A stretch of DNA of 64,000 nucleotides from NCBI GenBank assembly GCA_043732305.1, contig JAYTHU010000031.1:4739-68738 (forward strand). The letters run 5' to 3'. Source of the DNA: Oligoflexia bacterium (lineage in GTDB: Bacteria; Bdellovibrionota; Bdellovibrionia; JABDDW01). The position numbers and the translations under genes were made by a program. Under the pieces are notes generated by a model, which was not told where the DNA came from, did not search any database, and saw only the letters and a list, made by a program, of their open reading frames with translations. Below are positions 21,598-30,204 of this stretch, one piece after another. How positions within the stretch are numbered: the stretch's first letter is position 1; each line of letters starts with the position of its first letter.

Positions 21598-22989
21598 TTA
21601 CTCCGAAACCAAAGTGTGCAAATGACTGATCACGTATTTTTCCAGACCACCGTAATAAGACCACGTTGAATCGGTCAAAATTTCCCCGGCAATGACATGA
21701 GCATCCTCTTTAGATATTTTTCTCAAGTCGCTTTGAGTGACACGGCTTAATATTTTTGTAATGACAATGATTTTAAGCGGAAACTTCGAATTGACATTCA
21801 TGAAATTATGGGGAAGGAACTCGGTCGCCGGGTAAACTATTTTTTGGATAAACTGATCATCTCTCCAACTCGAATCATCAAATTTATAGATAATAGGTAC
21901 AATCTCTCTCAGCACATCAATAGAGATAGGAGTGCTATTTGCATAATCCTCGAGAATATTCAGAGCAATCCTGGAAGACGTCGGTGAGCTAAGAAGGTAA
22001 ATCATATGATCGAGGATTTGTCTATCACCGAGGCTGATTTTTACCAGACTTAAAGAAGGATTTAATTTAGAATCTCCTTCCACGAGAAAATCCAGATCCA
22101 ACCCTTGCGAAGAGGCACTGATCACTGATTTTACAATTTCACTCTCGTTCACGGCATCCGCCCGCTCTTTAATTTCCCGAACTTTTCCTAAGATCTGAGA
22201 AAGTCCACCAGTCATAGCGGAAACTTGCAACTGTTGAATCCCCAGCTTTTCTAGCTCTCGTTTGAAAGACTCAACTAAGATTTTCTCACTCGTCTGTTCC
22301 ATAGCCTCCCTTAAAATTCGTTCTCGCTCGACCATTAAACTGGAGGTAGCTTGCAGCAAAATATATTCTTCATTCAAATCTTGAACAATGGCGGAAAATT
22401 TAATTTTGCAAAGACCAATGGTTTTCCGGCACCCGCTAATTTTCTTAGCGAGTACCAAAACCTTAAGTTTATAGTCCGGTGATAACCAACGGCTGAGCTT
22501 GAAAACCGACGGCTTTCCCTCAGCTAAAATATTCTGTAACTTTCCCACAAGCAATCCGATGCTTTGGGTTCCATAAAGGGCGGCGTTGGCTCTCGCCATA
22601 CTTTCTTTATACCGAGAAACATCAAGACCGATTTTCTGCTTTGAAATCGCCAGTACAAGATCAAAAACTGACTGATTCCAGTTCGCGAGGACTTCACTGG
22701 CTAAATGCTGCGGATGAGAGAAACGTGAAGTGGAGATTTTTTCTTTTACTGCCATCACCAATTTTGAAGCTTCTTCCCGAAGAGTGGCTTCTCCTAAATC
22801 ACCCAATTTAGTTTCAAGTTCCAAAACTGTGGATCTATTTTCAAGCGCCTCTAGGACGCTGACGCAGCGAGTATGCAGATCAGAAGACTCCTGTGTTTTT
22901 TCTTCAGATAAAGATCCATGGAGTTCGGATGCCCTAGCGAAATTAGTCATACAAAAAATAAAAACTATAATAAATAATAAATATTTCAT
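21598..22989 (-). CDS. Secreted helical protein, paralog array member 2
   Basis: Signal peptide; RCVSVL, FSHP, LYG, CRKTIGLC, LNEEY, DLDFL. Confidence 0.85.
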   Translation of the reverse strand: MKYLLFIIVFIFCMTNFARASELHGSLSEEKTQESSDLHTRCVSVLEALENRSTVLELETKLGDLGEATLREEASKLVMAVKEKISTSRFSHPQHLASEVLANWNQSVFDLVLAISKQKIGLDVSRYKESMARANAALYGTQSIGLLVGKLQNILAEGKPSVFKLSRWLSPDYKLKVLVLAKKISGCRKTIGLCKIKFSAIVQDLNEEYILLQATSSLMVERERILREAMEQTSEKILVESFKRELEKLGIQQLQVSAMTGGLSQILGKVREIKERADAVNESEIVKSVISASSQGLDLDFLVEGDSKLNPSLSLVKISLGDRQILDHMIYLLSSPTSSRIALNILEDYANSTPISIDVLREIVPIIYKFDDSSWRDDQFIQKIVYPATEFLPHNFMNVNSKFPLKIIVITKILSRVTQSDLRKISKEDAHVIAGEILTDSTWSYYGGLEKYVISHLHTLVSE

Positions 22990-24395
22990 TTTATAACTCC
23001 ACGCACAGAGGCAATTCCCGAGTTCTGAAGAGCAACTTTTCGGAGGCCACAGCCAGACTTCAAGGCAAAAAACTCCCCGTTCGAATACAACTGGGTCTCA
23101 AGCTTTTTATAAAGCTCCAGATGCCCGTCTGAAGTGAGACTCATTTTTTTCGCCATCTGGCTGAGAGTTTTTGCGGAGAGCGTTTCACCTTGAAACAAAA
23201 TCAATTTTTTTGATGCCATGTAAGGAATGACAAATTTCAAATAATACTTATAGTTTTGGGAACCGTCGAAAACTCTTCTCACCTTATAAATTTCTTGTTG
23301 TGGGGCGGATTTTGCATAGATAAATATTGATCCCGTGAAAGGTTTAACCGCTTTGAGAAGAAACAAAAGGCTTTCGAGAGAAATGAATTTCATTACTTCA
23401 ATCTCTGCGAGAATCATGTCTCCTATTTCATCGTTAGAAAGTTCCGAATGAATAGCGCGCGCCACCTTCAATTTGAACTGCTCCTGTTGATCCAAATCCG
23501 TGTCTGTACGACTCGGAGACAAAGTCACGTCGTTTTCACCGATTAAAAATCCTAAATCAAAACCTTGAGATGCCGCTTCCATCACCGTTTTATGAGTAGA
23601 TCCTGTTTGAAAAATATCAGCCTGAGACATGACGTGGGAGATCTTGTCGATGGTCTCAGCCAGCTTTTCAGTTTTAATTTGCAATAAAGTTTTCTGCATG
23701 CCAAGCCTTTCGAGCTCAGTCTCAAGAATCCTTAAAAGCCCTGGGTGAGAAGTTATTTTCTTGGCCGCGACAAGAATCTTCATCTCATCAGAAAATGTCA
23801 TTTTTACGGCGTTGAGAAAAATCAGATCGGAATTGATTTGCTTTGATATGGAAGGCAAATCCAGTTGGCATTGGGCGAGAGATTTTTTACACAGGGCCGC
23901 TTTGCGGGCTAGGTCTTTGATTTTATTTGAATGGGTGCTTTTCAACATCAAAAATCTCCGCCCGCGGGAAATGGCCTTCTGAAGTTCATCAAGAACTATG
24001 GTCACATTCCTTGATCCGTAAAGGAGATTTTTCGCATTGGTCAGAGCCGGAGCTTCAAGCAGTTGCCCCGCCCCAAGATAACGTTTAGAAATAGAATTCA
24101 GAAGTTCATTCAAGTCCGAGTGATTTTCGGCCATACCCTCGCGCAAGACGTGCACTGGCTGGGAAAGGGAATGATCCGTCAGACTTTTTTCTAAGTGAGA
24201 AATGAGATCTCGACTCTCCGCTCCAATCTTCTCGTCGCTCAACGGATGAAATTCTTTTTCCAAATCGTGATTTCTATTTTGGCTCAGATTTTCAAGTAAG
24301 AGTCCACAGCGAAGAGAAAGATCACCGGCATTTAAAAACGGAGAGAATAGAAAGACTAGTTCTAGAAAAAGTAGACCTATAATTTTCGATCTCAT
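22986..24395 (-). CDS. Secreted helical protein, paralog array member 3
   Basis: Signal peptide; RCGLLL, LSQP, LYG, CKKSLAQC, INSDL, DLGFL. Confidence 0.85.
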   Translation of the reverse strand: MRSKIIGLLFLELVFLFSPFLNAGDLSLRCGLLLENLSQNRNHDLEKEFHPLSDEKIGAESRDLISHLEKSLTDHSLSQPVHVLREGMAENHSDLNELLNSISKRYLGAGQLLEAPALTNAKNLLYGSRNVTIVLDELQKAISRGRRFLMLKSTHSNKIKDLARKAALCKKSLAQCQLDLPSISKQINSDLIFLNAVKMTFSDEMKILVAAKKITSHPGLLRILETELERLGMQKTLLQIKTEKLAETIDKISHVMSQADIFQTGSTHKTVMEAASQGFDLGFLIGENDVTLSPSRTDTDLDQQEQFKLKVARAIHSELSNDEIGDMILAEIEVMKFISLESLLFLLKAVKPFTGSIFIYAKSAPQQEIYKVRRVFDGSQNYKYYLKFVIPYMASKKLILFQGETLSAKTLSQMAKKMSLTSDGHLELYKKLETQLYSNGEFFALKSGCGLRKVALQNSGIASVRGVIK

Positions 24396-26248
24396 TCCGT
24401 CCTCAAAATGGCTTCGCTTACAAGCTGATCCACAACTTCACTTATCTTTGCGTCTCGCTCTGGATCAAGATGAACCCCTCTAGAAAGAGCTGTTCTTTCT
24501 ATCACTTTCTTAAGATTTTCCCTCGCTGTAGTTTCAAATTCAGAAATGTTATCTTGCCCAAGGATTTGAACATGGCGCAAACCCACTACCGCAAAAAATA
24601 TACTCGCATTGAATGCCTGTTTTTCGTGACTCATTCCTATCGCATTATAAATACTGTCAGGAATTTGCGCGTATGTGTCCACCCAATTCACAGATTGGTT
24701 CTTGCGAGAAAAAAGAAGCGTCGACAGAGAAAGGTACTGCGCAATGGTGATGCGACGATTTTCCTTGAACAAATGAGTCCAAATTCTCGAGGCAATACGG
24801 CTTGCAGAAATCTGACTCAGATAGGTTGTTTCCATTTCTTTTTTAATTCCCACGAGATAATCAGAAACACCTAAATCAACCAAAGGCTCAAGCAGTCCTC
24901 GAAGTGACTGATTCAATGCGAGGCCCAATTTGTCATTTTTATGATGGGACAAAACATAACCGATGAACTTTGGAATTTTCGATGCGAAAACAGGATCTTC
25001 AAAAAGAAGGTTGAATCCCTGAAAGAGAACTCTTTGATCCGTGTTTTCGAGAAGATTAGTGGCCATTGTGCCGAATAAATGACTAGCCAAAAGTTCATCA
25101 TCTTCACTGTTGGCAGCAAACTTTTCCACTCTAAGCATGGTTTCAGCAACCAAACGTGTATCTAACCACTTCACAGAAAGAAGAGCAGTGAGTTGTAAAA
25201 AATCTGCATTTTCCTGGAGCTTTTCCACTGCATGACCATAAGCTGCAGATGTGAGGGGCAATGATTTTAAAAGATTCCATGACTCTTCTTTTATACCCCA
25301 AATACTTACACTTTTTTGTTCGCGCCTATGCCACTCCATTTTCCATTCGATAGGCTCCACGTCATCTTCTCGCGGCACTAGAAGAGGCTGGAGATCCACG
25401 GGCACTTTCAGTGATTGGGCTTTGATAATCAAACGGTGGCTAAACTCAACCCTGGATTCCCGAGCGTTACTGCCCACTTGATCGGCGGTAATAATTATTT
25501 TTTCTAAAGTCTCACTCATAATCAAAAAATAGGACTCAAGCTTAGCTATCTCTAGCCTTTTGTTATTTAGCGCCGTTATCACGGAACTTTGAGGGAAAGT
25601 AGATGGCAACCAGTCAGATAGATTTTCCAAAAGGAGATCTAAAATTTTAACTTGATCTTGCAGTAACGACTCCACATTTTTGACCGTCGCGAACTCCTGA
25701 TTGAGATTTTCAATAATTGTTTTAAGCTCTTTTGAACAATGGTTGATCGATACCCGACACTCTCTCACTCGAGCGACTTGTTTGAGAAGTTCCTGCTTTT
25801 TTTTCTCGATGTTGAATCGAGCGCGACCGTATTGATCGATCCTTACATCTAAACTATTCAAAAGTTTCTGTTCGCTGTCCACACCAAAGAGAAGCGTTTC
25901 TAATTCTTCTAACTTTTTAGGCTTAGAGTTTGTGTTTTGAGAAACTTGTCTTTGGCTCACTGCTCGTACCATTTCTAAAAGAGGTTCAAAATGATCTTGA
26001 AGCCGAGTTTGAATTTGAAAATACGGACTAGAGAATTTTTCTTTTTCTAATGCAAAAACTAAATCCTTCACTAATTTTTCATAGACTTGTTTCTGGTCCA
26101 CAGGTTGGGATGCCTTGAATTCCAAAACTTTTTCAAGCTCAAGGATACATGGTTGTGCATTGATAAAGGTGGGAGAAGAAGTAACTGCTGAAAAAGCGTT
26201 GCCACCTAGAAAAAAAACGGGAAACACTAAAGATAAAAACACTTTCAT
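24392..26248 (-). CDS. Secreted helical protein, paralog array member 4
   Basis: Signal peptide; PCILEL, FSSP, KPKKLEELETLLFG, CRVSINHC, LNQEF, DLQPL. Confidence 0.85.
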   Translation of the reverse strand: MKVFLSLVFPVFFLGGNAFSAVTSSPTFINAQPCILELEKVLEFKASQPVDQKQVYEKLVKDLVFALEKEKFSSPYFQIQTRLQDHFEPLLEMVRAVSQRQVSQNTNSKPKKLEELETLLFGVDSEQKLLNSLDVRIDQYGRARFNIEKKKQELLKQVARVRECRVSINHCSKELKTIIENLNQEFATVKNVESLLQDQVKILDLLLENLSDWLPSTFPQSSVITALNNKRLEIAKLESYFLIMSETLEKIIITADQVGSNARESRVEFSHRLIIKAQSLKVPVDLQPLLVPREDDVEPIEWKMEWHRREQKSVSIWGIKEESWNLLKSLPLTSAAYGHAVEKLQENADFLQLTALLSVKWLDTRLVAETMLRVEKFAANSEDDELLASHLFGTMATNLLENTDQRVLFQGFNLLFEDPVFASKIPKFIGYVLSHHKNDKLGLALNQSLRGLLEPLVDLGVSDYLVGIKKEMETTYLSQISASRIASRIWTHLFKENRRITIAQYLSLSTLLFSRKNQSVNWVDTYAQIPDSIYNAIGMSHEKQAFNASIFFAVVGLRHVQILGQDNISEFETTARENLKKVIERTALSRGVHLDPERDAKISEVVDQLVSEAILRTE

Positions 26249-28161
26249 TAATTTAACTGCCCCACCGTTCTATTCAGGAGATTGTCTATGTATTTTTCGA
26301 CTCCCAGCTGATAGGATTGACTGGATCTCTTGTGACCGGGCATATGCTGAAGCACGATTCTCAACAGACGAGCATGCGCACGCTTTCTAAAATTAGGAAT
26401 ATTATCCATGCTCAGAATTTGAATCTTACTCAGTGCTTTTACGGCAAAAAATATTATTGGATTGAGCCTGACGTAACCATCCCCTTGGAATGGCCCATAA
26501 AATTCTTTGGGTAGAACTTTAAGTTCATCGTTGCTCCAACCTCCCGGACAGAGATCCCAGACAGAGGTTGCTCCGTGATTTACCGATACTTCTAAAAGTT
26601 TGAAATAATCTTCTGCAACCAAACGAGTCTTAGGATCGTTCAAATAATCCCACATCAGCTTGACTTCAAGATCTCGCGAGTCAGTGCCTTCTCCCGCAAG
26701 CTCGCCCATCCTCTGCATAAAATTAAAATCAACCATCACCGTGGGTCCCAGCATGAGGGCTTGTGTGATAATCAGGCGGGCTCGATCCGCGGTGCCCACT
26801 GGGTGCAGTTCACCCAGGAAAAGTGGAATCTGCCCGAGGACATCTCCCTGGAAAAGCCCACTGAACCGGCTGTGAATCCAATCATTCTCCATACGGTGAT
26901 TGAGACGTGACATAAGAAAGTCCACGGCAAGTTTTCCTCGAGCCTTAAATATCACGTCTTTGGATTTGAGAAAGCCTTCGATTGCACGAACAATCTGCAG
27001 AAGGTCAGGTGCTCCGCCAATGTTTAAGGAAAATAATTCTATTTTCCTCATGAGACTTTCCGTCTGACCTAATTCATCAGCCAATATTTTAAATTGCCGG
27101 CTGTTTAAGGGAAGCTTCAATAAAACCTGCCACGAAGGGTATTTATCATCCCAAACAGCACTCTCCATGTTGTCTTCGCTAGCGGCTATGTTCGCTGGCT
27201 TGTCGGGTCCCGGTAAAAACTGGTCTAAATTTATATTTATATCCCAATAAGTTGATTTCAGTTCATCCCGCTCTTTCAAGATAAAATTGAGATCAATGGC
27301 CGGTGACTCCGAACCAGCGCGGATGATAGCCCTTTGAATCCCTTCTATTTGGGTTGAGCCTGCGTGGCTTGCGGACTGATCTGCTCCGATCATGATTTTT
27401 TCAATGGCGTCAGCCATCAATGTGAAATAACTCACCGATTGACCGAGCTCTTGAATCTTATTTGAAATAGCTTTCTTGACAGAATCACTTCCCGATTTCA
27501 CAGGCAACCAGTCATTGGTATTCGAGAGGACAAGTTCGAGAATTTTCGTTTCATCTTCCAAAACACTGAGCACGGTTTTTACAATTTTATATTCGGCGTT
27601 CATTTCTGAAAGCAGAACGGTCACATCAGTAGTGCATTTCTTAATGGCAGCACGGCATGCTTTCAATTTGTTCCCGGCATCTACAACCGCTCTTACCCTA
27701 TCGGCTATTTTCTCGCCCGTTGTTTTGAATGAAATCAGCCCCCCCTTCCGCTTAGCACTGAGGGTATTATTTAATTGCTCGAGTAATTTCAACTCCGTGT
27801 TTGTTCCAAAAAGAAGGGTTTCCAATTCTTCCAGAGCCTTGGGCTTTGTCGTCGAACTATTAGAAATTTGTCGGAGACTCACTTCCAGCGCAAGTTCAAT
27901 GATGGGTTTTAGATATTCGCTCAAACTATTTTGAATGACAAAATAACTACTGGAAAAAAAATCACTTTTGAGAGCCGCTTCGAGCTGCTTTTGTAAAATA
28001 GAATATCTAATCTCGATCGACTCACCATTGTTTTTGACGATGCTTTCAAGAGACGCTTTGCATGGGGGCCGGCTGAGCTCGGCACTTTTAGCGCAGGAAA
28101 TCCAAAGGCACCCTGCCAGAAATGCCATTGCCAAAATAAAAGGCTTTTTGTCCCCGCTCAA
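26248..28161 (-). CDS. Secreted helical protein, paralog array member 5
   Basis: Signal peptide; PCKASL, FSSS, KPKALEELETLLFG, CRAAIKKC, MNAEY, DLNFI. Confidence 0.85.
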   Translation of the reverse strand: MSGDKKPFILAMAFLAGCLWISCAKSAELSRPPCKASLESIVKNNGESIEIRYSILQKQLEAALKSDFFSSSYFVIQNSLSEYLKPIIELALEVSLRQISNSSTTKPKALEELETLLFGTNTELKLLEQLNNTLSAKRKGGLISFKTTGEKIADRVRAVVDAGNKLKACRAAIKKCTTDVTVLLSEMNAEYKIVKTVLSVLEDETKILELVLSNTNDWLPVKSGSDSVKKAISNKIQELGQSVSYFTLMADAIEKIMIGADQSASHAGSTQIEGIQRAIIRAGSESPAIDLNFILKERDELKSTYWDININLDQFLPGPDKPANIAASEDNMESAVWDDKYPSWQVLLKLPLNSRQFKILADELGQTESLMRKIELFSLNIGGAPDLLQIVRAIEGFLKSKDVIFKARGKLAVDFLMSRLNHRMENDWIHSRFSGLFQGDVLGQIPLFLGELHPVGTADRARLIITQALMLGPTVMVDFNFMQRMGELAGEGTDSRDLEVKLMWDYLNDPKTRLVAEDYFKLLEVSVNHGATSVWDLCPGGWSNDELKVLPKEFYGPFQGDGYVRLNPIIFFAVKALSKIQILSMDNIPNFRKRAHARLLRIVLQHMPGHKRSSQSYQLGVEKYIDNLLNRTVGQLN

Positions 28162-28178
28162 TTCTTCCCACCCTGATC

Positions 28179-30092
28179 TTATAATTTAGTTTTTGCTATA
28201 TTTTCGAGCTCTGAAGTGCAGTCCGCTCCATCCATGGTTCCGCCCACACTACGACTCACTAAATTTTGAGCTTCAATGGCCGCAGAATTGAGACGGCCCA
28301 TCGCGATAAAACTCTTACTTGCTTCTATTTCCATGCGGGCTTTTTCAGAGATAATAAAGTCGGCCGTTTCCTTGATTGTCTCGGCGCTGAAGTATGCCGT
28401 GGTATTGATCTCAATGATCATGTCATTGGCGCGCGCGACTTCAACTCGCAATTGTTTCAAACCTGCCTCTTGAGTGGCTCGCACCGCTTTGTTTGTACCT
28501 ACGGCCATTTCTAAAGTGGAGTTGGTGTTTTTGATCATTTCCAAGGTGGTAAAAATAGGCATGCCATTTCTCACGTTAGCGATGTCTTCTCTTACAAAAT
28601 AAATAGTGTCTAGCTGTTTGGCCATAGCTTCACCTATGAGTTCCATAGCTGAGGCCTGACTCAAACCCGCATTGAGACGGTTTCTGAGCTTCTGGCCCAC
28701 ATATGAAATCACGGCTTTCTCATCTTCAAAACGTCCATTGAGATGAAATTCTTCAACGACTCTGGCGATTTCATCGTCGACGAGTTTCCCGAGAGCTACT
28801 TTCATTTTCAAATCTTGGAGGTATCCAGACATCTCATGAAGAGTCGTGATGATTTGCACGCCACTTTCCTTCAATGTTTTAGAGTTGCTCAGCAATACAT
28901 TGTCGACACTCGTGATGCCTTGGCGGTGACTCAACAGTGCCAAACGATCTTTCTTAGGTTTAACGGCGGAAGTCAATTTTCGTTTCACGTAGCCTGGATT
29001 AGGAGCTGCCGAAAGTTTTCCATGCCATCGTTCACGTATCGTGGATTTCCCCACTTCATGCCCCATGCTCTGAAGAAGGTAAGACAAGTCCTTGATGTTT
29101 TGAAGAGATTTTAATTGGGTGTCGTTGATAGCAATATATTGTTTCGAGTTGCGATCTAAAATCTTATTGTTATTCAAGAAGCGTGTGGCCTGCTCGGAAG
29201 AAGCACTCAACTCACTTTCTAACGTTTGCATATTTTCTTGGCGGATTTGCGTTCGCCCCTCGGGAGATAATGTTTTTTCAATAAGTTCTAGAGCCAGCTC
29301 CTTAGCTTTTTTAGTGAGAGCGTCTGCGGAAACTCTGCTCATACGAACTTCAAGAGGCTTGGTTTCGCCCTCACCATTTTTATAATCACCAAGCAAGATT
29401 GTTCGAGTTTGATTTCGAGCGTAGAAAATTTCATCCACGCCATCACGTCTGCGAGAAGCGGCGTCTATCTCCTCGATTTCAAAAAGAATGCCGTCTCCGT
29501 TGGACAAAATATCTTTCGCATACTTCAAGAGACTAGCAGCAGGAATTTGCTGAGTGAGTCCTTGCCGAAGCACATCAAAATACATTTTTAAATTTACTAG
29601 AGAATCCGCATTTAATTTTCCCGGAGCAGTGGTCGTCACTAAAGTCACGAGATCTCTTAAACTGGGATCAGATGTCAATTGAGAGATATCAAAGGAACCA
29701 AGAGTCGCCAGAATCTCAAGTCTGATTTGGTTGACGTCAATGACTTTTGAATCTTTGGTTTCTTGAGCCACAATTGTTTGCAGGGCGGTGCTTACTGCAG
29801 GAAGTTTGTCACCAATCACGGCGATGGAAGATATCGCTTCGGGACTAAGTTTGTATTGAGTTTTTCCACTCTTAAATCTTTCTTGCAGCCGTCGAGTGAT
29901 TTCCGCAATCATGCTAGTTTGCACTACCTCAGTTTGCATTGCCTCCAATTGCCCGTGTTTATAGCTTGGCAGCTGAGTTGTAGTCACCTGACCGCCGGCA
30001 AAAGCAAGACTGCTCACCAATAAAAGGCTCAATGATTTTCCAAGAAGTTTGAGAAAAAAATTATTCTTTTGCATACTAGAAATCCCCTCCAT
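28179..30092 (-). CDS. Secreted coiled-coil protein with a TelA/KlaA-like C-terminal half; first gene of the minus-strand operon
   Basis: Signal peptide (SSLAFA); long amphipathic helices whose pattern (LRNRL..., GMPIF, FSAETIKET) resembles the toxic-anion-resistance family; family call made by eye only. Confidence 0.6.
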   Translation of the reverse strand: MEGISSMQKNNFFLKLLGKSLSLLLVSSLAFAGGQVTTTQLPSYKHGQLEAMQTEVVQTSMIAEITRRLQERFKSGKTQYKLSPEAISSIAVIGDKLPAVSTALQTIVAQETKDSKVIDVNQIRLEILATLGSFDISQLTSDPSLRDLVTLVTTTAPGKLNADSLVNLKMYFDVLRQGLTQQIPAASLLKYAKDILSNGDGILFEIEEIDAASRRRDGVDEIFYARNQTRTILLGDYKNGEGETKPLEVRMSRVSADALTKKAKELALELIEKTLSPEGRTQIRQENMQTLESELSASSEQATRFLNNNKILDRNSKQYIAINDTQLKSLQNIKDLSYLLQSMGHEVGKSTIRERWHGKLSAAPNPGYVKRKLTSAVKPKKDRLALLSHRQGITSVDNVLLSNSKTLKESGVQIITTLHEMSGYLQDLKMKVALGKLVDDEIARVVEEFHLNGRFEDEKAVISYVGQKLRNRLNAGLSQASAMELIGEAMAKQLDTIYFVREDIANVRNGMPIFTTLEMIKNTNSTLEMAVGTNKAVRATQEAGLKQLRVEVARANDMIIEINTTAYFSAETIKETADFIISEKARMEIEASKSFIAMGRLNSAAIEAQNLVSRSVGGTMDGADCTSELENIAKTKL

Positions 30093-30159
30093 AAAAGTAC
30101 TTCATCCATCTTAACGCAATGCGTAAATAAATTTAAATTGTTTCTGCTAACCGCCACAC

Positions 30160-30175
30160 TGCAATTTCTAAGCCC
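30160..30175 (-). promoter_or_regulatory. Putative sigma54 promoter for the minus-strand paralog operon
   Basis: Minus strand GGGCTTAGAAATTGCA = GG-N10-GC with TTGCA. Confidence 0.5.
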
Positions 30176-30176
30176 A

Positions 30177-30192
30177 CGGAACGCAACTTGCA
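30177..30192 (+). promoter_or_regulatory. Putative sigma54 promoter for the paralog 6/AAA+ operon
   Basis: CGGAACGCAACTTGCA = GG-N10-GC, close to the TGGCACG-N4-TTGCA consensus. Confidence 0.55.
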
Positions 30193-30204
30193 GTTGTTAA
30201 TTTT

